Positions 9,557 to 17,697 of a stretch of 64,000 bases of DNA are shown piece by piece. Each line of letters starts with the position of its first letter. Position 1 is the first letter of the stretch. Both the position numbers and the translations under genes were made by a program. Source of the DNA: a virus; IMG/VR virus record IMGVR_UViG_3300035189_000033, positions 22,539 to 86,538 of that record. The stretch is one strand, 5' to 3'. The notes under the pieces are model-generated. The model was given only the letters and a program-made list of their open reading frames with translations. It ran no database searches and was not told where the DNA came from.

Positions 9557-10588
9557 ATGGGTATCTACTTTGTCGGGGCCGAGGATTGTGACTTCCTGAA
9601 TTTTGGCGGTGGGGTGGTCACCACCGATGGCAGCCATTTCCGTTCCGCCTATGCCCGATGCGCCTTGCAGATCAACGTCACGACACCGACGAGTTATGGG
9701 CTGTCGTCCTACTGGGCGTCACCAACTGGTGCTTTTACGCAATCGTCATTCTGGATGACCGCCCGCTACTACGACGCTTCAATTTCAAATGGAGGCGATG
9801 CTGGCTATCTCGTCCGCTGGAATGATTCCTCCGGGAACGCCCGCCTCCTCGTCGGCTATGACTGTCAGAGCAATGACACCGGACCATCGACGTGGCTGTA
9901 TCAATTAAAAACCGTGGACAGTTCAGGGAATGTCACCATCCTCGCCAATTCGGTAGCCGGTATCAACAGTGGCTATGTCGCCAAGCTGGATTTTTATGTC
10001 GATTATGCCAGTGCCGGCTCATTCCAAATGTATGTTGATGGCGTGCCGTTCCTCTCCTACACCGGCAACCTCACCACCAACGGGCTGACCACGTTGGCTG
10101 GCTTCAATCTCGGGCAATCCACACAGGGTAATGATAATGCGGGAATCGTGGCATGGTCGGAAGTGATCGTATCGTCATCAGACACCCGCTCCATGTCGCT
10201 TGAGACGCTTCCGCCGAATGGACAGGGCGCGACCTCGCAATGGACCGGTGATGCGACCGGCAATTCCGTCAATGAAGTGGTGCTGAATGACAGCAGCGGG
10301 ATCTCCTCGGACACCGCCGATCAGATCGAACTCTTTACCCAGCCCGGCACCTCTGTTGCCCCGTTCATCGCCGCCGTCGCTGTTACCGCCAGGGCGATGA
10401 CGGCGTCCGGTGCCCCGCAGAACATTGGTCTCCTGCTCCGTTCGGGCGGTGTCACCGGCAGCTCACCGCCAGAGGCACTGGCAAATTCGTTTGGCTTCCA
10501 TCAGTACATCTGGACGACCGATCCCGCGACCGGAAATCCCTTTGCCAGCCTCTCTACCGTGCAGACTGGCATTGAAAGCCTGGCGTAA
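9557..10588 (+). CDS. Inserted beta-rich putative receptor-binding/lectin-like tail protein
   Basis: Lower GC and different codon use than flanks; S/T/G/Y-rich; TAATG-coupled to the next ORF. Confidence 0.65.
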   Translation: MGIYFVGAEDCDFLNFGGGVVTTDGSHFRSAYARCALQINVTTPTSYGLSSYWASPTGAFTQSSFWMTARYYDASISNGGDAGYLVRWNDSSGNARLLVGYDCQSNDTGPSTWLYQLKTVDSSGNVTILANSVAGINSGYVAKLDFYVDYASAGSFQMYVDGVPFLSYTGNLTTNGLTTLAGFNLGQSTQGNDNAGIVAWSEVIVSSSDTRSMSLETLPPNGQGATSQWTGDATGNSVNEVVLNDSSGISSDTADQIELFTQPGTSVAPFIAAVAVTARAMTASGAPQNIGLLLRSGGVTGSSPPEALANSFGFHQYIWTTDPATGNPFASLSTVQTGIESLA

Positions 10589-11412
10589 TGACCGGCGTTG
10601 GCGTCAGCAAACTCAACACCTACGCCGCCATCGTTCCGCAGATCACAAGTCTGTCGAAATTCAACACTTACATCATCGGCAGCACCATGGCGCCGCCACC
10701 CGTCACAATCGCCGATCTGTTCTTCACGCCGACCGCGGAATTCGTCGATCTGACCGTGCTGGCGAACCGCCGCGCCTTCATCTCGGCCGCCGGCGGGGCA
10801 CAGCTCCTTAGAGCGGACGGATCAGCCCCGTTCGGCGTCACCCCGCCGGTGTTCCTCACCTCGAACGGCACGCCTGCCACCTTCGCCGACAACAACGGCC
10901 GCGGCGGCGCCTTCTCGATCTCGGGCGGGACTCTGACAGCAGGCCCATCCAACCCGCCCGGATCGTCGCAGACCGTCGTCACGTCGCAACAGAACTCGCC
11001 CGGCGCCGGCGTGCTGGGCGACTACGCCTCGGGCAACCTCTATGCGTTCAATGTCAACAGCCTGACCGACAACGGCATCCGCCGCCGCTGGCTCCGCCGC
11101 TGGCGGGCGCTGCCCAAAGCCAGCATGGCCGCTGACCGGTTCTACTCGCTGTCGGTGGCGATGCAGACCGGCCAGGGTGTGCCGAACGGCGTCGAACCGC
11201 AGGTGGTGCTGCGGTGGAGCGATGACGGCGGGCGAACCTGGTCCGATGAACGCATCGTCGCGGCCGGGCCGCTGGGTGCGACGACGCAGACCGTGAAGTT
11301 CAACCGGCTGGGCGCGACGCGGCGGTTTGGCGGATCGGACAGGATTTTTGAACTGTCATCCTCGGACCTGTTCCTGGTAGCGATCCTGGACGCAGATGTG
11401 GACGTCGGATGA
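10588..11412 (+). CDS. Tail hub (P22 gp10-like), C-terminal part
   Basis: VLGDYASGNLY...PQVVLRWSDDGGRTWSDER...FNRLG...DRIFELS, typical of the gp10 C-terminus. Confidence 0.85.
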   Translation: MTGVGVSKLNTYAAIVPQITSLSKFNTYIIGSTMAPPPVTIADLFFTPTAEFVDLTVLANRRAFISAAGGAQLLRADGSAPFGVTPPVFLTSNGTPATFADNNGRGGAFSISGGTLTAGPSNPPGSSQTVVTSQQNSPGAGVLGDYASGNLYAFNVNSLTDNGIRRRWLRRWRALPKASMAADRFYSLSVAMQTGQGVPNGVEPQVVLRWSDDGGRTWSDERIVAAGPLGATTQTVKFNRLGATRRFGGSDRIFELSSSDLFLVAILDADVDVG

Positions 11413-11996
11413 TGCCAATCCCGTTTCTGATCACCGGACTGCCGCGCTCGCGGACGGCCTGGATGGCGGCGGCGGCGTCCAACGACCTGTCTATCTGCAT
11501 CCATGAACCGCTGCGCTATGTCGAACGCTGGCAGCATGTGTTCGAGACCGTATGGGGCATGTCGGGTTTCCGGTATGTCGGCGCCTCTGACCATGGCCTG
11601 GGCTTCCATCTGCCTGAAATCTTCCGGCGCCTGACCCCGCGCACCCTGATCATCGAACGCCCGATCGCCGAGGTCGAGGCGTCGCTCGCGCGGATCGGCA
11701 TTCCAGGGAGCAATTTCTGCGAGCTGCTGATGGAGGCGCTGAACGGGTTTGATCATCCACTGATCATGCGCGTGCCCTATGCCGATCTGGCGGACACAGA
11801 GGTCGTGGGGCGCTGCCTTGCCCACCTGATGCCGTTCAATCCCGTCTCAGCGGCGCGCATCGAGGCACTGCAGAAGATGAATATCCAGGCACCGAACCTG
11901 AATGCGGTGGTCGCGGAGGGCATTCGGCGCGGCCAGCAAGGCGATGCCGCCGCGCTGGTCGGTGAGGATGTTGTGGCGCGGATCCGCCTGCATTGA
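11409..11996 (+). CDS. Sulfotransferase-like P-loop protein
   Basis: FLITGLPRSRTAW (PSB-loop-like) and HEPL motifs. Confidence 0.65.
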   Translation: MMPIPFLITGLPRSRTAWMAAAASNDLSICIHEPLRYVERWQHVFETVWGMSGFRYVGASDHGLGFHLPEIFRRLTPRTLIIERPIAEVEASLARIGIPGSNFCELLMEALNGFDHPLIMRVPYADLADTEVVGRCLAHLMPFNPVSAARIEALQKMNIQAPNLNAVVAEGIRRGQQGDAAALVGEDVVARIRLH

Positions 11997-12769
11997 CCGA
12001 AAAGCCCGTCATCCTCGCCCCGCGCGAGCCGCTCGTCGACCGCTCCGGCCAGATTTCGCGGTCCTGGTGGCGCGCATTGAACGGGCTGTTTGAGCAGTCC
12101 GGCACCTTGGCAAAGGCGCTGGTAACCAATCCCTCCGCGGTGCTGGCCTCGGTCGACGTCAGCAGCGGCGGCACGATTTCCGCACCCGACCTCGCCGCGA
12201 AAAGCCTGATCGGCAATCCGGCCGACACCACGGCGCAACCCGTGGCAATCGCGGTATCTGACTCGTTCGCGCTCAATTCCGGCACGCTCGATCTCGCCTC
12301 GCTGGCGGCTGGCACGCTGTCGGGCAACGGCGGGCTGTTCAGCGCCCCACCCGGGGCTGTCAGGGTCGGCAGCAACCTCACCCTCGCCAACGGCACGCTC
12401 GACGTGTCCTCGACCAGCGACATGACAGACCAGACCTATGCCTATTCGATCCGCGACACGCGCGGGCCGGTCAACACCGCCGACCGGGCTGCGGCCGATG
12501 CGCTGACCCTCGCACTGCTGGGGGGATCGACATCATCACCGAGCGCGGCGCCGATCACCGTGGCCGCCGACAGCCTGTTCGGTAACGCCGGCACGGTGGC
12601 CGCCAGCGGCAGCAGTATCGCCGTCGGCACCGGCCTGACGCTCTCGCCCGCCGGCACGCTCTCGGCCACCGGCGGCGGGATCTACGCCCCGCTGGTCAAC
12701 GGCGACCTGCCAAGCCCGGGGCTGATCGCCGATCCGTTCGGCCAGTGCATCATGGTGCAAATCCGATGA
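11993..12769 (+). CDS. Tail/virion structural protein
   Basis: PREPLVDRSGQISRSWWRAL N-terminus typical of the post-gp10 gene; G/S/T-rich fibre repeats. Confidence 0.7.
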   Translation: MTEKPVILAPREPLVDRSGQISRSWWRALNGLFEQSGTLAKALVTNPSAVLASVDVSSGGTISAPDLAAKSLIGNPADTTAQPVAIAVSDSFALNSGTLDLASLAAGTLSGNGGLFSAPPGAVRVGSNLTLANGTLDVSSTSDMTDQTYAYSIRDTRGPVNTADRAAADALTLALLGGSTSSPSAAPITVAADSLFGNAGTVAASGSSIAVGTGLTLSPAGTLSATGGGIYAPLVNGDLPSPGLIADPFGQCIMVQIR

Positions 12770-13284
12770 CCTCCAGCATTCTCACCGACTATCTCGGCCA
12801 AGGGCCTGCGGCATCGCGGCCGGCGACGCCACCGATCGGCACTGCGGCGCTGGCGTTCTACTACGCCGACGATACCGGCGTGCTGTCGCTGTGGGACACC
12901 GCGACCAGCGCCTGGGTAACGGCGGGCGGCGCCGGCCTGTCGACCTCCAACACCTGGACGGCGGCACAGATCGGCGCCGTCGTGACGCTGACCGACGGCG
13001 CGACGATCACCGCGAATTTCAGTCTGGGCAACAACTTCGCGGTCACGCTTGGCGGTAACCGCACGCTGGCCAATCCATCCAGCGTCAATGCCGGGCAGGG
13101 CGGGCAGATCGTCGTCACCCAGGACGGCACCGGCGGCCGGACGCTCGCCTATGGCTCGGACTGGAAATTCCCCGGCGGCACGGCTCCTGTGCTGTCGACC
13201 GCGGCCGGTGCGACCGACATCCTGAGCTATTACGTCGTCAGCTCGACGTTTATTGCTGTCAGTCCGGCGCTGGCCTTCGCTTAA
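12766..13284 (+). CDS. Tail fibre-like structural protein
   Basis: ATGA-coupled; TLTDGATI...VTLGGNRTLANP...QDGTGGRTLAYG fibre-type domain. Confidence 0.7.
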   Translation: MTSSILTDYLGQGPAASRPATPPIGTAALAFYYADDTGVLSLWDTATSAWVTAGGAGLSTSNTWTAAQIGAVVTLTDGATITANFSLGNNFAVTLGGNRTLANPSSVNAGQGGQIVVTQDGTGGRTLAYGSDWKFPGGTAPVLSTAAGATDILSYYVVSSTFIAVSPALAFA

Positions 13285-13760
13285 TGGCCGCGCACCGTTA
13301 CTGGCGGATCAATATAACCGCGGTGCTGCCAAGTGCGACCAACGTCAATCTTGCTGAGATACAAATGGCATCTTCGGTCGGGGGCGCCGATCTGTTCGGC
13401 TCAGGCACGGCTTTGGCGTCGTCTACGCAGGGCGGTATCTATGAGCCGTCTGCCGCCTGTGATGGCAATCTAACGACATTCTGGAGCAGTGCGCCCGCGG
13501 ATTCGTTGCCTCAATGGTGGGGCTATGACTTCGGCGCGGGCAACAGCGTGGTGGTGAATGAGGTTCGGATCTACCCGCTCGACTACAGTAGCGTTCTCTA
13601 CGCACCCACCGCCTTCACGCTGGACTATTCGGACGACGCATCGGCCTGGACGGCGGTGCAAGCCTTCACCACGGCCGGCTGGTCGGTCGACACGTGGCAG
13701 AGCTTTGACGTGACCGTGGCGCCGGCTGCGGTAAGGTTTCGCGGCTTGTTGGGGTTCTAG
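13284..13760 (+). CDS. Discoidin/F5-8 type C-like carbohydrate-binding protein
   Basis: HRYWRI, ACDGNLTTFWSS, WWGYDFG, LDYSDDASAWT; lower GC. Confidence 0.65.
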   Translation: MAAHRYWRINITAVLPSATNVNLAEIQMASSVGGADLFGSGTALASSTQGGIYEPSAACDGNLTTFWSSAPADSLPQWWGYDFGAGNSVVVNEVRIYPLDYSSVLYAPTAFTLDYSDDASAWTAVQAFTTAGWSVDTWQSFDVTVAPAAVRFRGLLGF

Positions 13761-13779
13761 CGTCGTAAGGGGACTTTCC

Positions 13780-14121
13780 GTGACCGTTCAAGTCATTCAG
13801 ATGTTCACCCCGACCGTGCTGACCACCACGGCGGCGACGCTGTACACGGTCGACACCGGCAACGTCGCCACGGTGCTGGCGCGCGGGCGGATCCGCTTCA
13901 CCAACACCTCGGCGTCGGCGGTGACGGTCACCGCCTACGGTGTGCCAAGCGCCGGCACGGCGGGCAGCGGCAACGACTTCTGCCCGGCGCTGACTGTTCC
14001 GCCGAGCAGCAACCTCGACATCGACGTGCCGGTGCTGTCGACCGGCGGGCTTATTCAGGCGCTTGCCTCGACCGCCGGCGTGGTGGTGGCGCACGCGATG
14101 GATGGGGTGCTGTTCAGCTAG
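13780..14121 (+). CDS. Small structural protein
   Basis: Beta-rich, position in tail module. Confidence 0.7.
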   Translation: MTVQVIQMFTPTVLTTTAATLYTVDTGNVATVLARGRIRFTNTSASAVTVTAYGVPSAGTAGSGNDFCPALTVPPSSNLDIDVPVLSTGGLIQALASTAGVVVAHAMDGVLFS

Positions 14122-14641
14122 TGCGTCAACAGGCGGAACAGCACGCCCGCCGTCAGCACGAGGTTGGTGCCGCACATCCAACGCAACAGGTTGATTTCAC
14201 CGCGGACTTTGGCGAATTCCTGATCCACGCGGGCAAACTTCTGGTCAACGCCAGCAAACCCCTCGCGCATCTCGCCGCGCACCTTGGCGAACTCCTGATC
14301 CACGCGGGCAAACCCCTCGCGCATCTCGCCGCGCACCTTGGCGAACTCCTGATCCACGCGGGCAAACCCCTCGCGTATCTCGGAGCGCAAGCCTGAGAAC
14401 TCTGCGTTGTAAGCGGCCAGTTCCTCCGCCGCCGCGGCGGCTTTCGCCTCTGGCACGTTCGCCGCGAGGAACGCATCCCGGACCGCACCCAACTGCAATG
14501 CCATTACGCGAACGCCTCGATAATCAATGGTGCCACGCCGCCAATCCCGTAGTATCGGCACCGTTTCGGTGATTTCACATACCGCGAGGCCGAGGGCACG
14601 GCAAATCGCAATAAAGTATGGACCTCGCGCTGTTCAGCTAG
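14109..14641. repeat. 13-bp direct repeats flanking moron
   Basis: GCTGTTCAGCTAG at 14109-14121 and 14629-14641. Confidence 0.85.
14118..14504 (-). CDS. DUF1640/CCDC90-like membrane-anchored coiled-coil moron
   Basis: 18-aa repeats REGFARVDQEFAKVRGEM (54-bp DNA repeats), C-terminal LLRWM plus TM helix; GAGG SD before ATG 14504. Confidence 0.75.
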   Translation of the reverse strand: MALQLGAVRDAFLAANVPEAKAAAAAEELAAYNAEFSGLRSEIREGFARVDQEFAKVRGEMREGFARVDQEFAKVRGEMREGFAGVDQKFARVDQEFAKVRGEINLLRWMCGTNLVLTAGVLFRLLTH

Positions 14642-14715
14642 AAGTTGTGGGATCGTTGCGGCTCACAGCCCGAGGGTGCTAGTCCTGTCAGTGTCTTAGC
14701 GCAGGAAGGTGTGTC

Positions 14716-15558
14716 ATTCCCTACATCGCTGCCTCGATCCTGGGCGCTGGTGCTCTCTCTTCCGGCGGATCACTGCTTTCCGGCCTGATGGGATCGAACG
14801 CCTCCAAACAGGCGGCCAACGCGGAGCAATCCGCCTACGCCCGCGCCACCGGGCTTGAGCAGGCCAACTACGAGCAGGCGCAGGGCCAGTTCGCGCCCTA
14901 TGTGGCGGCTGGCGGCAATGCGCTCAGCGCACTGCAGAAGCTGCTGGGCATCGGACCCGGCACCAGCGGCGGTGCCACCAACCCCATTCTGCAAATGCTG
15001 GGCATCGGGGGCGCGGGCGGCGGCGGCACCGGGAGCATCAATCCGGCGACGTTCCAGGCCTCGCCGGGCTACCAGTATGCGTTGCAGCAGGGGATGCAGG
15101 GGGTGACCAATCAGGCCGCCACGCAAGGCGGGCTCGGCGGCAATCAGTTGAAGGCGTTGCAAGCCACCGGGCAGGGGATGGCGAACCAGAACTTCAACCA
15201 GTATCTGAACAACGCGAACTCTGCCTATCAGGGGCTGGTCGGCAACGTGTCGAATCTGGCATCCAACGGCCAGAACGCGGTCGGCACGCTGGCGGGGCTT
15301 GGCGCCAACGTGGGCGCGCTGGAGGGCGCCAACGCGATCGGCGCGGGCAGCGCGCAGGGATCGGGCATCATGGGCTCGGTCAACGCTCTGACGGGCGGGA
15401 TAAACCAGGCGGTGGGCAACGCCGGCAGCACCGGCATCTACGGCACCGACAACCCCGGTTTGGCGAACAACCAGAACATGATCGCCGCGCTTATGTCGTT
15501 GTTCGGCAGCGGCGGGGGCGGGTCGGGCGGATACGGCTCAATGGGCGGCGCGGCCTGA
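14716..15558 (+). CDS. DNA ejection/pilot protein (P22 gp7-like); probable ATT start
   Basis: QFAPYVAAGGNAL...FQASPGYQYALQQG...G/N/Q-rich; SD AGGAAGG then ATT CCC TAC in frame with the annotated ATG 14788. Confidence 0.8.
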   Translation: MPYIAASILGAGALSSGGSLLSGLMGSNASKQAANAEQSAYARATGLEQANYEQAQGQFAPYVAAGGNALSALQKLLGIGPGTSGGATNPILQMLGIGGAGGGGTGSINPATFQASPGYQYALQQGMQGVTNQAATQGGLGGNQLKALQATGQGMANQNFNQYLNNANSAYQGLVGNVSNLASNGQNAVGTLAGLGANVGALEGANAIGAGSAQGSGIMGSVNALTGGINQAVGNAGSTGIYGTDNPGLANNQNMIAALMSLFGSGGGGSGGYGSMGGAA

Positions 15559-15561
15559 TCC

Positions 15562-17697
15562 ATGGGCCTCGATCCGACCCTCGTGCACGGGTTCCAGCCG
15601 ACGCAGAATGTCGGGCCGAACCTCGGCGGCATGCTGCAAGACGCGAACTCGATGCTGCAAATCGGCGAGCAGAAGCGGGTGTTGCAGCAGCAGAACGCGC
15701 TGCGCGGCATCCTGGGGACGCCGGACGCGCTCGATGCGCAGGGCAATCCGACCGACGCCACGCTGAAGCGGGTTTCGGGCGTGGACCCCGCGATGGGCAT
15801 GCAGTTGCGCCAGAACATGCTGGTCTCGCAGCAGCGGCAGCTTCAGACCGAGTCGATGCAGAGCAAGGCCATGCAGGACAAGATGGAGCTGCTGGCCAAG
15901 ACGTATGAGCCGATTTGGGACGACTACAATGACGCGATCAAGCATGGCGCCACGCCCGAGGAGGCGAAGCGGGCGGCGCAGGAGGGGGTGACCGAGGGCA
16001 ACAAATTTCTGACGCAGCACGGGCTTCTGGCGCCGCATGAGGTCGCCAACCTGCCGACTCAATTTGACCCCATCCAGTTCGGGCATTTCATCAAAGGATC
16101 GCAGACTTACCGCGAGGATATGACGGCGCGGGCGGCTGCGGAGCAGAAGGCGAGAACCGAGCAACAGCGCGAGCGGCAGCTCGATATTGAGCAGCAGCGG
16201 GCGGATCAGGAAAAAAGCAAAGAACAGCCCACAATGGGGCCTGATCCAAATGACCCGAGCAAGCTGGTGCCGGGTGTCGTGCGGAGCAACGCCGGCAGCA
16301 ACGACCCGCCGGTCTTCATTCCTTATCCGACCGGCGTGCAGGCGCCGGCCGGCAAAACCGCCCCAGCAGGATCAGTTGCGGCGGAGCGGTCAACACGGTT
16401 CGAGGAAGAAAAGCGCAACCAGCAGGCCGCCGGGACCTATAAGAACGACAGCGGGGTCTACGACGTCGTCGATGCGAAGCTGAAGACGATCAAGGATAAC
16501 CACTTCCCGCCCGGCACCGCGAAAGTTCTCGTCCAGCGCGCGCTTGCCGGCGATTTTTCAGGCATGACCGGCTTTAGCCGCTCGCCCGGGCTTTTGGTGG
16601 AACTCGACACCGAGCTTGCCAAGCAGATGGCGGAGCACGATCCGCCGCTGACCGGCTTGGATCTGGCGCGAATGAGGGCCGGATTTGCCGCCTACACGCA
16701 GGGCGTCAAAGCGTTCGAGGCGGGCGGCAAGCTGGAACAGCCGGTGCGCAGCCTGTCGGTCGCGGTGGATCACCTGGACCTGCTGAAACATGCGGCGACG
16801 GCGGTTTCCCAGCATGACAGCGCGACGCTCAACAGACTCCAGAACGCGCTGAAGACAGAGTTTGGTTACACCGGGCCACCGACGTTGGACGCGATCAGGG
16901 GCACGGTTGCGGCCGAAATCGAGAAGGCCGTATCGGGCAGCGCTGGTGCTGTGTCAGACCGCGAAGACCTGAAGGCCAACCTCAACAAATCGCTGCCCCC
17001 TGCCGCGCTGATGAGTGTGATCGACGGCTACGAGGGGCTGATGAGCGGCCAGCTTGGCGGCTTCCGGAAGACCTATCAACGGCTGCAAGGGATCGAGCAA
17101 GGCAGCGGTGAGGATTTTGACAAGAAATTCCTCAGTGACCGGGCGACCGCGGTCCTGACCAGACGCGGACAGATGGGCGCCGCGGGCGGCACGAATGAGA
17201 AGCCCCCCGCTGCGACCGCGCCGGCGGCAAAGGCAGATCAAGCCGCGATTGCCGTTCCGACAACGCCGGCCGAACTTGCCGCACTGCCGCCAGGGACCAA
17301 ATACCGCAGACCGACCGATGCGCCTGGCGTGGTTCGGCATGCGGCGGCGGCGACTGCGACGCCGGAGGCGGCCAAGCCAGCCGCCGCGGCGCCCGCAGCA
17401 GCAGCGGCACCCGCAGCAGCGACGCCGGCAGCCGCGCCCCCGCCCGGAGCCTACACGGTGCCGAAATCTCGCGCGGACGATCCGGACGGCACCACTTACA
17501 ACAACGGCAAGCTGGTCAAACAGGGTGGCTTCATCGTGCCGGTGAAACCGGCCGAGGCCGCACGCAAGGATGCAACGCCGCCTGCGGGCGGTCGACCGCT
17601 GCCGAAGTCGCGGGCCAGCGATCCCGACGGCACGACCTATAACGACGGAAAGTGGGTCAAGCGGGGCGATTTTGTCGTTCCTGTAGGAGCACAATAA
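15562..17697 (+). CDS. DNA ejection protein (gp20-like position)
   Basis: Helical Q/A-rich protein; duplicated C-terminal PKSRAxDPDGTTYNxGKxVKxGxFxVPV module. Confidence 0.75.
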   Translation: MGLDPTLVHGFQPTQNVGPNLGGMLQDANSMLQIGEQKRVLQQQNALRGILGTPDALDAQGNPTDATLKRVSGVDPAMGMQLRQNMLVSQQRQLQTESMQSKAMQDKMELLAKTYEPIWDDYNDAIKHGATPEEAKRAAQEGVTEGNKFLTQHGLLAPHEVANLPTQFDPIQFGHFIKGSQTYREDMTARAAAEQKARTEQQRERQLDIEQQRADQEKSKEQPTMGPDPNDPSKLVPGVVRSNAGSNDPPVFIPYPTGVQAPAGKTAPAGSVAAERSTRFEEEKRNQQAAGTYKNDSGVYDVVDAKLKTIKDNHFPPGTAKVLVQRALAGDFSGMTGFSRSPGLLVELDTELAKQMAEHDPPLTGLDLARMRAGFAAYTQGVKAFEAGGKLEQPVRSLSVAVDHLDLLKHAATAVSQHDSATLNRLQNALKTEFGYTGPPTLDAIRGTVAAEIEKAVSGSAGAVSDREDLKANLNKSLPPAALMSVIDGYEGLMSGQLGGFRKTYQRLQGIEQGSGEDFDKKFLSDRATAVLTRRGQMGAAGGTNEKPPAATAPAAKADQAAIAVPTTPAELAALPPGTKYRRPTDAPGVVRHAAAATATPEAAKPAAAAPAAAAAPAAATPAAAPPPGAYTVPKSRADDPDGTTYNNGKLVKQGGFIVPVKPAEAARKDATPPAGGRPLPKSRASDPDGTTYNDGKWVKRGDFVVPVGAQ

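Noticed and set aside
9528-13760. Diversity-generating retroelement, intron or intein explaining the variable tail cassettes
   Set aside because: No reverse transcriptase, no TR/VR pair, and no intein or homing endonuclease motifs seen in the window
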